Assembly: GCA_963692865.2 (NCBI GenBank)
Contig: OY843592.1
Span: 2,208,001 to 2,272,000 of the forward strand
Reading direction: 5' to 3'
Source: a bacterium
Lineage (GTDB): Bacteria; UBA8248
DNA: 64,000 nucleotides
This document shows, one piece after another, positions 8,560 to 17,735 of the stretch (positions are counted from its first letter, which is position 1; every line of letters starts with the position of its first letter). A program made the position numbers and the translations under genes. The notes under the pieces were generated by a model that was not told the origin of the DNA, did no database searches, and was given only the letters and a program-made list of their open reading frames with translations.

Positions 8560-9488
8560 TCGACGAACACCGGCCGGGGCGTGATGAGGAGTTCGGGTAT
8601 CCGGGCGTGGTGGGTGTTCTTCATGAGCACCCGAACGGCGTGAAGGGCGTGTTTGCGGACGAGGCGCTCGATCTCGGGCGCGCCGTCGTAAGTCATCAGA
8701 AACTCCGCGCCGCTGTCGGCGAGCATTTCGAACAACCGCGGATGATCCATCTCGTTATGTGCGTAAAGGCGTTTGCCCGCCCGCTTGCCGCCCGCAGTGT
8801 AGGGCGGATCGGCGAAGACGACCAGTTCGTGAATACGGTCCCTCAACAAATCCTCCAGCCATTTCACCCCGTCGGTTTCTGAAAACTCGATGCGATCCGC
8901 ATGATTCGTGATCTCGCGCAGACGCTTGGTGATCGTTTCGGGATACCAGCGAGACGCGACGCCTTTTCCGTTCTCTCCCGCGCGGCTGAGCGACGCGCCG
9001 GGAGCGAGAATGCCGCCTCGGCGCGTCCGGTTCAGCACGAGGGTGCGGAAGCCGCGCTCGACCAAATCTTCCGGGGTTTGACGCGCCAGCGCGTTCACGG
9101 CCTCCCGCGTCGGCTCGAAACGCGCAATCCGCTCGCAGAGCTCGGGGCCGCAGCGAAGCGCCGCCTTCCAGAAAGCCGCCACGTCGCTGTCCAACTCGGC
9201 CATGAGGCATCGCTCGGCCAGTCCTTCCATCACGGCCGTCAGCGATACGATACCGCCGCCGGCGAAGGGTTCGACGAGAATTTTGGGAGCCAGATTGAGA
9301 CTTCGGAGCCAAACGCGGATATGGGGAATCAGCCACGTCTTGCCGCCGGGATACCTAAGAGGACTGCGCTGTGGCACCGAGGCGACGTTCACCGCCGGAA
9401 TCGGCGAAAGGGGGAACGCATTTTCCCCGGCGCGCATGGATGGAGCGAATATCTCTTCCTGCCGCCCCGCCGCCGTTTCCACTTCCAT
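8556..9488 (-). CDS. Dam/D12-class amino-DNA methyltransferase
   Basis: SPLRYPGGK, EPFAGGG (motif I), DPPY (motif IV); ATG 9488 with GAGG RBS, exact start uncertain. Confidence 0.88.
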   Translation of the reverse strand: MEVETAAGRQEEIFAPSMRAGENAFPLSPIPAVNVASVPQRSPLRYPGGKTWLIPHIRVWLRSLNLAPKILVEPFAGGGIVSLTAVMEGLAERCLMAELDSDVAAFWKAALRCGPELCERIARFEPTREAVNALARQTPEDLVERGFRTLVLNRTRRGGILAPGASLSRAGENGKGVASRWYPETITKRLREITNHADRIEFSETDGVKWLEDLLRDRIHELVVFADPPYTAGGKRAGKRLYAHNEMDHPRLFEMLADSGAEFLMTYDGAPEIERLVRKHALHAVRVLMKNTHHARIPELLITPRPVFVD

Positions 9489-9548
9489 TGCATTCCTCAA
9501 ACCGGCCTCGCAATCGCGCTTTCGTCGGTAAACCGGGCGGCGCCCCGC

Positions 9549-9581
9549 ATTATGCGCCACCCACAGAACCCCGTCAAAACC
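9549..9581 (-). promoter_or_regulatory. Putative sigma70 promoter, copy 2 (upstream of MTase-REase)
   Basis: Minus strand TTGACG-17 nt-CATAAT; near copy of 7477-7509. Confidence 0.65.
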
Positions 9582-9599
9582 ACCCTTTCACGCGCCCCC

Positions 9600-10712
9600 T
9601 CAACCCCCCAACCCGTAAAGCTCCGCTGCGTTGTCGCGCATGATGCGCGCGCGCAGGTCGGGGGCGATGCGGCTCGGCAGGGCGTGGACGGGGGAGTCGA
9701 AATCCCAGTGGGGGTAGTCGGTGGCGAAGAGCAGGATTTTATCGGCGCGGACCATCTCGAATATCTGGAGCAGGTGTTCGTCCTTATCCGGCTCCTCGAT
9801 GGGCTGGCTCGTCACCCGGAAGTGCTCGTAGAAGTATTCGCTCGGCAGCTTCCTGAGCCAGGGCACCTCGGCGCGCATGCCCCGGTAGTTCTTGTCCAGA
9901 CGCCAGAGCAGCCCCGGAATCCAGGAGAGGCCGCCCTCGATGAGCACGACCCTGAGCTTCGGGAACAGCTCGAACACGCCCTCGCAGATGAAGCTCACGA
10001 CGTGGGTCATGAAGGCCTGGCTCATCGCCGTGTGCCACTCGATGTAGTAGGTGGGCCAGCCCGAAGCCGTGGGCGGCGGCGCGTTGCCCGCGCCCGTACC
10101 GCCGAAATGGATGCCTATGGGGAGTCCGCGCTCTTCCGCCGCCGCGTAGATGGGGTGATACCGCCTCTGGCCGTAGGGGGCGTGCGAGCCCGCCGGGAAG
10201 AGCACCTGCGCCATGTCGGCCCGCCCGCCGACGCGCTTTATCTCGTCCACCGCGTGCTGCGGGTCCTGGTGCGAGACGGTGATGGCGCCTCGCAGGCGCT
10301 CGTCTTTTTCGAGCCAGTGCTCGATCGTCCAGTCGTTGTGCGCGCGCGCCATGGCCGCGCCGAACTCGGGCGTTCCCATGAAGGAGACGTTGTAGTACGC
10401 GCCGTTCAGCACCCCGTAGCTCACCCCGTAGGCGTCCAGCACCTGCTCCTGAAGCATGGCGAGGCTCGAACCCGCCGGGCCGTCCGGCGGTATGGCGTCC
10501 TTGCGCACGCCGCCGCCCGCCGTCTTGGGGTAGGGGGCGTTCGGGAGTTTCGTATAGTCGGTTTCCTCTATGTAGTTTCGCCACACGATAGGAAGATAAG
10601 GCAGCAGGGTGTCCAGGGACGGGGGTACGTGGTGGATGTCCGCGTCCACCATGCCAATGCTGGATTCTGAGACCGGCAGGGGCGTTTTCGCGGCTTGCGG
10701 CGTCGTGCTCAT
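9600..10712 (-). CDS. Amidohydrolase family protein (Amidohydro_2, decarboxylase/hydrolase type)
   Basis: [37 protein letters not shown]. Confidence 0.9.
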   Translation of the reverse strand: MSTTPQAAKTPLPVSESSIGMVDADIHHVPPSLDTLLPYLPIVWRNYIEETDYTKLPNAPYPKTAGGGVRKDAIPPDGPAGSSLAMLQEQVLDAYGVSYGVLNGAYYNVSFMGTPEFGAAMARAHNDWTIEHWLEKDERLRGAITVSHQDPQHAVDEIKRVGGRADMAQVLFPAGSHAPYGQRRYHPIYAAAEERGLPIGIHFGGTGAGNAPPPTASGWPTYYIEWHTAMSQAFMTHVVSFICEGVFELFPKLRVVLIEGGLSWIPGLLWRLDKNYRGMRAEVPWLRKLPSEYFYEHFRVTSQPIEEPDKDEHLLQIFEMVRADKILLFATDYPHWDFDSPVHALPSRIAPDLRARIMRDNAAELYGLGG

Positions 10713-10854
10713 CGTGGCTCCTCCCTGAGAATTATCGGCATATTAGCACGGAAGCGTACGAGGCGGATGTTCGGGAATGATATGCGTGACCCGGGGGAGG
10801 GGTTCCGGGCCTTGGATTCGAAAGGGAATTGATCCAACCTGCTTGAAAGTGTTT

Positions 10855-11410
10855 ACGGTTTTGTAGGGGTCGCATATATGCGACCCGGCCTTTTTCGCCG
10901 CACGTTACGGGCCGCATATATGCGGCCCCTACAAATGAAAGCTCGGCGGCAAGACTTGCAGCAAAAGATTCACTCCCCCCTTGAGGGGGTTGTTGAAAAA
11001 CCCTGTTCCGGGGTCGGGCGGACACACAGGTCCCCGGACAGGCTCCTGCGCCTGTCCGGCTACGCGAGACACAATGGTTCTGTAGGGGAGGACCTGTGTG
11101 TCCGCCCTCGCCTGTCGTTCTGGTCGTGAGCCTGACGTAGGGGTCGCATATCATGCGACCCGCATATCGAACGGGGAGGGCCGCATAATATGCGGCCCCT
11201 ACGGTGAGATCCCGACCGGCCCGCAAGGGCTTTTTCAACAGCCCCTTGAGGGTCGGGTTCCCCGAGGGGGAAGCCCGACCCTCAAGGGGGGAGTGGTTGG
11301 TTGGCGTTCTGCAAGGGCGAGAGATGTCAACTCCCTCCCCGCTTGGCTCTATACGCCGAATCACGAAATCATAACTTTTTCAACAAGCCCCTCAAAGGGG
11401 GAGTGAATTT
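10855..11410. repeat. Mosaic palindromic repeat cluster
   Basis: Inverted REP-like pairs GTAGGGGTCGCATATATGCGACCC / GGGCCGCATATATGCGGCCCCTAC, hairpin CACTCCCCCCTTGAGGG...CCCTCAAGGGGGGAGTG, TIRs. Confidence 0.88.
10986..11245. mobile_element. 260-bp MITE-like element with 15-bp TIRs and 5-bp TSD (TTGAG)
   Basis: TTGAG|GGGGTTGTTGAAAAA...TTTTTCAACAGCCCC|TTGAG; removing it restores a perfect 22-bp stem. Confidence 0.8.
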
Positions 11411-11482
11411 CCTCTTTCGTTGATTGCGCCTTATCCATTCAGAAGAAGCCGTCGATTCAGATGTATCGTTCCCGAATGTTCC

Positions 11483-12229
11483 CTAGACGAGCAGCAGCCG
11501 TATCGAGCCGCCCAGGGCGATGCTCAGCACGCAGAGGTTGAACGTGCGCCCGCTCAGCCGCTCCTGCACCCACGCGCCGGCCTTGATGCCGAGCCAGAGC
11601 ACGGGCAGGCCGACCACGGTCGCCCAGATGGTGTCCCAGGTGACGACCGATACCTGCCAGAAGGCGACCACCTTGATGGGGTTCATCACCGCGTAGAGCG
11701 TCCATATCGTGCTCACCAGGGTGAGTTTCTCCAGTCTCTGGCTGATCAGGACGGGGGTCAGGAAGATCGCCCCGCTGTTGGCGAGCGCGGAACAAAGCCC
11801 GCTCATGACGCCGAAGCCCCCGCCCTGCCACGCGGGCATGGGAGGTATCTCGAAGGGCCTGCCCCTGATTTCCACGAGCGCCTGGTAGGAGGCGAGCGAG
11901 AAGCAGATGGCGCCGATCAGGATTTTCAGCCCCGCGCCCGGCAGCCAGGTGAGGAGCCACACGCCGCCAGCCAGCCCGACCACGATGCCGGGCGCCAGGA
12001 TGAGCACGTAGCGCAGGTTCCACTTTCCCCAGAAATCGGGCGCCGACCCCAGGCCCGACCAGCAGCTGAACATCGCGATGAGGCCGAGCGAGAAGGTGGG
12101 CGAGAACGCGAAGATGAGAAACGGCGTGATCACCAGGCCCACGCCCGCCCCGAAGGTGCGCACCAGAAAACCGTTGCAAAACGCCGCCGCGAGAACGAAG
12201 CCCCACTCGATGAGCGTGAAATCCGGCAT
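11483..12229 (-). CDS. TauE/SafE family (sulfite exporter-like) membrane protein
   Basis: About 8 TM helices, GF..TFG.G.G....P motif, 248 aa. Confidence 0.8.
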   Translation of the reverse strand: MPDFTLIEWGFVLAAAFCNGFLVRTFGAGVGLVITPFLIFAFSPTFSLGLIAMFSCWSGLGSAPDFWGKWNLRYVLILAPGIVVGLAGGVWLLTWLPGAGLKILIGAICFSLASYQALVEIRGRPFEIPPMPAWQGGGFGVMSGLCSALANSGAIFLTPVLISQRLEKLTLVSTIWTLYAVMNPIKVVAFWQVSVVTWDTIWATVVGLPVLWLGIKAGAWVQERLSGRTFNLCVLSIALGGSIRLLLV

Positions 12230-12231
12230 CG

Positions 12232-12978
12232 TCAGCCCGTCTCGAGCAGAAGGCGCAGGGCGGTTACGAGGGAGAGCAGCAGGAGGATGAAGGTGAATCC
12301 CTTCTGGGGGATTTTAAGCAGCGTCCGCCTGCCGCACCAGCTTCCGGCCCATGCGAGGGGGAAGGCGAGAGCGCCCGCCACGAGCATGGGCGTCTGAACG
12401 ATGTCGCCATACCACAGCGTGGCGACCTTGAACGGGTTCACGCAGAACCATACGACGATGATGCTCGCCACTATAGCCGTTTTCGACATGCCCTGGCTGA
12501 CGAAGAACAGGCTCAACACGAGGCCGCCCGAGTGGAACATGGCGCTGATGATTCCGCCGCCTATCCCGATTCCCACGCCCGCCTGGGGAGAGACGGGCGG
12601 CGGCTTGATCTCTCCCTGGAACTGACGCCAGATGAACAGCCCGGCGAAGAAGACGCAGGTCAGCCCGATGCCCTTTCTCAGCCAGTAGTCGGGCAGGTGC
12701 ACCAGCGCGTAGACGCCCAGGAGGATGCCGATGTAGAAGCCGGGCACCAGGTAGCGGAGAAAGCGGGTCTCCCACTGCTTCCAGAACATGGGGATGGCGA
12801 AGAAGTCCGTCACCCACATGAGGACGGCGATGATGCCGATGATGAACCGCGTGGGCCAGAACATGATCAGGACCGGAACGAGAAAGATGCCGATCCCGGA
12901 ACTGAATGTGGTTTTCAGAAAGCCGACGAAAAAAGCGGCGATCCCGAACGCCAGCAACTCATGAGTCGAGTAGTCCAA
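12232..12978 (-). CDS. TauE/SafE family membrane protein
   Basis: GFLKT.F..G.G...VP, HSGG motif, about 8 TM helices, 248 aa. Confidence 0.8.
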   Translation of the reverse strand: MDYSTHELLAFGIAAFFVGFLKTTFSSGIGIFLVPVLIMFWPTRFIIGIIAVLMWVTDFFAIPMFWKQWETRFLRYLVPGFYIGILLGVYALVHLPDYWLRKGIGLTCVFFAGLFIWRQFQGEIKPPPVSPQAGVGIGIGGGIISAMFHSGGLVLSLFFVSQGMSKTAIVASIIVVWFCVNPFKVATLWYGDIVQTPMLVAGALAFPLAWAGSWCGRRTLLKIPQKGFTFILLLLSLVTALRLLLETG

Positions 12979-13059
12979 AGTATCCCCTGCTTGCCTGTGC
13001 CGTAACGAAGCGCCAGCTTAGCGATTCGGGGGGCCTGGAACAAGGGCGGGGCGGTTTCG

Positions 13060-13560
13060 CGTGGTTGTTGAAAAAGTCGGAGAGGGGAAATTTGTGTGTA
13101 GGGGTCGCATACTATGCGACCCTCCCCGTCAGGGACATCCGGGCCGCATAGTATGCGGCCCCTACAATCGAGATTACACACCGTCATTCCGGCGGATGCC
13201 GGAATCCAGGGACTTTGCCTTTTCGACTTTGCTCTTCGCCTTTTCCCACCCAGTGGTGAGAACATGAAATACCGGATCGCCTTGATCCTCATCGGCTCTG
13301 GATTCCGGCAGGCGCCGGAATGACGGCAGTGGATCGAGCACCAGCCATGAGAGAGAGTTGCAGTGTGGCCCCAAATGTCAGACGTGTTCCACCATTGCAA
13401 ATTCGGGGTGTAGGTCGGACATATATGGCCGACATATTATGCGGCCCACATTGTGAAGGCGAAAAAGCAGGGCCGCATATATGCGGCCCCTACACACTTT
13501 CATGCAAGGCGGTATTCCGTCGCCGTCATACCGGCATTGCAGGTTTTTCCACAACCCCGC
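13060..13560. repeat. Mosaic palindromic repeat cluster bounded by TIR-like ends
   Basis: GGTTGTTGAAAAA ... TTTTTCCACAACCCC enclosing REP-like pairs and a GTCATTCCGGC...GCCGGAATGAC long hairpin (13182-13325). Confidence 0.85.
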
Positions 13561-13570
13561 GCGCCGGCGC

Positions 13571-13828
13571 CTAATAGGTGGTGACGCCGCCTTCGATTCC
13601 GAACAACTTGGGGAGCAGGCCGTGGAAGTAGTAGACGTCGAGCAGCGCCAGGCCGAAGAACAGCGCGATGAAGATGAGGATCAGGCCCGCGACGAAGCAC
13701 GGTATCTGGGCGATGGCTTTGAAGACGCCCGCGATCCCGCCTTTTTTGAGCGGATAGCCGCAGTGGGGGCACGAGGCGGCTTCGGTGCTCAAAAGCCCCC
13801 CGCATTCGAGGCAGTTCAGGAGCGACAT
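13571..13828 (-). CDS. Small zinc-ribbon membrane protein
   Basis: CLECG...CPHCG followed by one hydrophobic helix; 1 bp from upstream synthetase stop. Confidence 0.7.
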   Translation of the reverse strand: MSLLNCLECGGLLSTEAASCPHCGYPLKKGGIAGVFKAIAQIPCFVAGLILIFIALFFGLALLDVYYFHGLLPKLFGIEGGVTTY

Positions 13829-13829
13829 C

Positions 13830-15770
13830 TCATCGCGCCTCTTTTATCGCGTGGAGGAATTCGGGGATTTCGATGGATGACGTGTCGATGCTCGCGGGGT
13901 CCTCGCCCATGTAGACTTTCTTGATGGCGGCGCGCACGATCTTGGCCGAGCGCGTCTTGGGCAGCGCCTCGACGAACTTGACCTCATCGGGGCGCAGGCT
14001 CTTTCCGAGATATTTGACGGTCTCTTCCTTGAGGTCCTCGCGGAGCGCGTCGCTCGGCTCTTGGCCCCCGACCAGCACAACGAAACAGGTGAGGCCTTCT
14101 CCCTTGATGGGATGCGGCGCGCCGATGACGGCGGCCTCCACCACGGCGGGGTGTCTGATGAGGGCGGCCTCCACCTCGGCGGGTCCCACGCGCTTGCCCG
14201 CGACGTTGATGGTGTCGTCAGACCGCCCGAAGAGATACCACTGCCCGTCCGCATCCAGGCGCGCCCAGTCGCCGTGGTACCAGACGTCCGGCCAGCGCGA
14301 GAAATAGGTCTCGAGGAAGCGCGCGCCGTCTTTCAGGAACCCCTTGGTCATCGAGGGGACGGGCTGCTTGAGCACGAGGTGGCCGATCTCCCCGCGGACG
14401 GGCCGGCCCTCCTCATCGAACACGTCGGCGTCAGAACCCAGCGCCGGGCCGCCGAGCGAGCACGGCGTGAGCGGAACGATGGGGTAGGGCTGGAGGATGC
14501 AGCCGCAAAGCTCGGTGCCGCCCGATATGTTCATGACGGGGCAGCGCCCGCCGCCCACTTTTTCGAAGTACCACATGTAGGATTCCGGGTCCCAGGGCTC
14601 GCCCGTCGAACCCAGTACGCGCAAGGATGAGAGGTCGTGTTTTTCCACCCATTCGTCGCCCTGGCTGATCAAGAGCCGCACGGCGGTGGGCGAGACGCCG
14701 AAGATGGAGACCTCGTGATCGCTCGCGAGCTTCCAGAGCCTGTCCGGCTCGGGCCAGTTGGGCGCGCCCTCGTATATGAGATACGTGCCGCCCCCGAACT
14801 GAACGCCAATCATCTTCCAGGGGCCCATCATCCAGCCGATGTCCGTCACCCAGAAGAGAACGTCCGAATCGCGCAGATCCATGCAGTAGCGGATCTCCTT
14901 GGCCACGTTGAGCATGCAGCCCGCGTGGGTGTGCACCGAGCCTTTCGGCTTTCCCGTCGTGCCCGAGGTGTAGATGATGAGGGAGAGGGCCTCGGCGGGC
15001 AGGCGCTCGGTTTCGGCTTCTTCGGGATGTCCCTCGATGAAATCGTCCCAGTCGACGTCGCGCCCGGCCTGCATGGGAACTTCAGTTTCCGTTCTTCTGA
15101 AGACCACGACTTTCTCGACCCGGGTTCCGAGTTCCAGGGCCTTGTCCATCAGGGCCTTCACGCCCACTTCCTTGCCCCGGCGCATCCCGCCGTTCGACGT
15201 GAAGACGAGCCGGGCTTCCGCGTGCTCCAGTCGCTCGGCGACGGCCTCGGGGCCGAAGCCCGAGAAGATGGGAATCGCCACGACGCCTATTTTCAGGCAC
15301 GCGAACATGGCGAACACCGTCTCGGGCAGCATGGGCATGAAGATGCCCGCGCTGTCGCCGGGCCGCATCCCCATCCCGCGCATGGCGTTCGCCAGGCGGC
15401 AGACGTGGGCGTTCATCTCGGCGTAGGTGTAGCGGCGCACCTCGCCGCCGTCCCCCTCCCAGATGAGGGCCGTCCTGTCGCGTTTTGAGGTCTCCAGGTG
15501 CCTGTCGATGCAGTTGTGGACGATGTTGAGTTCGCCGCCCAAGAACCACTTCGTCCAGGGCAGGCCGCCCGATGCGTCCATTATCTCGTCATACGGCCTG
15601 TACCAGGAGACGCCCATGTCCTTCTCGACCGCCGACCAGAAGCGGCCCACGTCTTCCCTGAAATAATCGATCAACGCCTCGTAGCTCGTAAGCCCCTGTT
15701 TCTTCATGAAGCGGGCGACGTTCGAGTTTTGGAGAAAATCCTCATTCGGCCGCCAGATGATCTCGGGCAT
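13830..15770 (-). CDS. AMP-dependent acyl-CoA synthetase (acetyl/acetoacetyl-CoA synthetase-like)
   Basis: YTSGTTGKPKG, NISGGTE, YHGD, GRSDD, LPKTRSAK. Confidence 0.93.
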   Translation of the reverse strand: MPEIIWRPNEDFLQNSNVARFMKKQGLTSYEALIDYFREDVGRFWSAVEKDMGVSWYRPYDEIMDASGGLPWTKWFLGGELNIVHNCIDRHLETSKRDRTALIWEGDGGEVRRYTYAEMNAHVCRLANAMRGMGMRPGDSAGIFMPMLPETVFAMFACLKIGVVAIPIFSGFGPEAVAERLEHAEARLVFTSNGGMRRGKEVGVKALMDKALELGTRVEKVVVFRRTETEVPMQAGRDVDWDDFIEGHPEEAETERLPAEALSLIIYTSGTTGKPKGSVHTHAGCMLNVAKEIRYCMDLRDSDVLFWVTDIGWMMGPWKMIGVQFGGGTYLIYEGAPNWPEPDRLWKLASDHEVSIFGVSPTAVRLLISQGDEWVEKHDLSSLRVLGSTGEPWDPESYMWYFEKVGGGRCPVMNISGGTELCGCILQPYPIVPLTPCSLGGPALGSDADVFDEEGRPVRGEIGHLVLKQPVPSMTKGFLKDGARFLETYFSRWPDVWYHGDWARLDADGQWYLFGRSDDTINVAGKRVGPAEVEAALIRHPAVVEAAVIGAPHPIKGEGLTCFVVLVGGQEPSDALREDLKEETVKYLGKSLRPDEVKFVEALPKTRSAKIVRAAIKKVYMGEDPASIDTSSIEIPEFLHAIKEAR

Positions 15771-15772
15771 CG

Positions 15773-17719
15773 CTACACCGCTTCCTTGATGGCGTCGAGG
15801 TGCGCGGGGTTTTCGAGGGAGTTCAAGTCCATGTGGTCCACGGGTTCCCCCAGATAGACCTTCTTGATGGCGTTTCTCACGATTTTCGCAGAGCGCGTCT
15901 TGGGCAGGGCTTTCACGAAGCGCACCTCATCGGGCCTCAGGCTCTTGCCGAGATACTCCACCGCCTGGTCTTTCAGCTCCTCGCGCAGCGCGTCGGTAGG
16001 CTCGTAAGAATCGTGCATGACGACGAAGCAGGTGAGGCCCTCTCCCTTGACCGGGTGCGGCGTTCCCACGACGGCCGCCTCGATGACGCCGGGGTGCTTG
16101 ATGAGTTCGGATTCGATCTCGTTCGGCCCCACGCGCTTGCCCGATACCTTGATGGTGTCGTCCGACCGCCCGTAGAGATACCAGAGCCCCTGCTCGTCCA
16201 CCTTGGCCCAGTCGCCGTGGTACCACACGCCCTCCCAGCGCGAGAAATAGGTCTCGAGGTAGCGCTCCGGCTCCTTCCAGAAGCCGTTGGTGAGCGAGGG
16301 GATGGGCTGTTTGAGCACCAGATGGCCCACCTCGCCGCGTATGGGCTTCGCGTCTTCGCCGTACACGTCGGCGTCCGTGCCCATGGCGGGCGCGCCCAGC
16401 GTGCAGGGGCTTAAGTCCATGACGGGCAGGGGTTGTAAGAGGCAGGCGCCTATCTCGGTGCCGCCCGAGATGTTCATGACGGGGCACCGCCCGCCGCCCA
16501 CCTTTTCGAAGTACCACATGTAGGATTCCGGGTCCCACGGCTCGCCCGTGGAGCCCAGCACGCGCAGGGAAGAGAGGTCGTGTTTTTCCACCCATTCATC
16601 GCCCGCGCTGATCAGCACGCGCACCGCCGTGGGCGATAGGCCCAGGTGGGTGACGCCGTTCCTGGAGATAATCTGCCACAGGCGGTCCGGCGTGGGGTGA
16701 TTCGGCACGCTCTCATAGAGCTGACACGAATGGCCGTTGAAGTGAGAACCCACCAGTTCATAAGGCGCCATGACCCAGCCGAAGTCCGTCACCCAGAACA
16801 CCGTGTCGCCGTCGCGCATGTCGAGGCAGTACTTTAACTCGCGCCCGGGGCCGCTCATTAACCCTGCGTGGGTGTAGACGGTGCCCTTGGGCTTGCCGGT
16901 GGTGCCCGAGGTGTACATGATCATCGAGACGGCGTCGGCGGGGAGCCGCTCGGTTTCGGCTTGCGGCGATTGCCCCGCAACGAAATCGTCCCAGGTGACG
17001 TCGCGCCCCTCCTTCATGGGGACCGCATCGCCCGAGCGCGTGAGGACGACCACTTTTTCGACCTTCGTGCCGCGCGCAAGCGCCGCGTCCGCCGTGCCTT
17101 TCAAGGGAACCTTCTTGCCCCGGCGGACGGCGCCGTCCACCGTGAAGAGGATGCGCGCTTCGGCGTGGATGAGCCGCTCGGCCAGACCCTCGGGGCCGAA
17201 GCCCGAGAAGACGGGCAGCACGGCCACGCCGGTCTTGAAGCACGCGTACATGACGATGGCGGCTTCGGGCACCATGGGGAGGAACACGCCCGCCACGTCG
17301 CCGGGCTTCAAGCCCATCGCGCGCATGGCGTTCGCGAGGCGCGATACCTCCGCCGAAAGCTCGGCGTAGGTGAATGCGCGTACCTCGCCCCCGTCGCTCT
17401 CCCAGACGAGCGCGGTCTGGTCCTTGCGGCCGCCTTCCACGTGGCGGTCGATGCAGTTGAGTACCAGGTTCGTCTCGCCTCCGATGAACCACTTCGCCCA
17501 CGGGAAGCCGCCGCTCAAGTCCAGAAGCTCGTCGTAGGGCCTGTACCATTCGAGCCCCATGTCTTCGAGCACGACATCCCAGAAGCGCCGGATGTCCTCG
17601 ACAGACCAGCTTAAGAACTCGCGGTAATCGGTGATGCCGAGCTTTTTCATCAGCTTGGCGATGTGGCTGTTCGTCAGGAAATCCTCGTTCGGCCGCCAAA
17701 TGATGTCAGAAGCGTTCAC
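15773..17719 (-). CDS. AMP-dependent acyl-CoA synthetase (paralog)
   Basis: Same adenylation motifs; clear paralog of 13830..15770. Confidence 0.93.
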   Translation of the reverse strand: MNASDIIWRPNEDFLTNSHIAKLMKKLGITDYREFLSWSVEDIRRFWDVVLEDMGLEWYRPYDELLDLSGGFPWAKWFIGGETNLVLNCIDRHVEGGRKDQTALVWESDGGEVRAFTYAELSAEVSRLANAMRAMGLKPGDVAGVFLPMVPEAAIVMYACFKTGVAVLPVFSGFGPEGLAERLIHAEARILFTVDGAVRRGKKVPLKGTADAALARGTKVEKVVVLTRSGDAVPMKEGRDVTWDDFVAGQSPQAETERLPADAVSMIMYTSGTTGKPKGTVYTHAGLMSGPGRELKYCLDMRDGDTVFWVTDFGWVMAPYELVGSHFNGHSCQLYESVPNHPTPDRLWQIISRNGVTHLGLSPTAVRVLISAGDEWVEKHDLSSLRVLGSTGEPWDPESYMWYFEKVGGGRCPVMNISGGTEIGACLLQPLPVMDLSPCTLGAPAMGTDADVYGEDAKPIRGEVGHLVLKQPIPSLTNGFWKEPERYLETYFSRWEGVWYHGDWAKVDEQGLWYLYGRSDDTIKVSGKRVGPNEIESELIKHPGVIEAAVVGTPHPVKGEGLTCFVVMHDSYEPTDALREELKDQAVEYLGKSLRPDEVRFVKALPKTRSAKIVRNAIKKVYLGEPVDHMDLNSLENPAHLDAIKEAV

Positions 17720-17735
17720 TTGCCTTTACCCTCCG

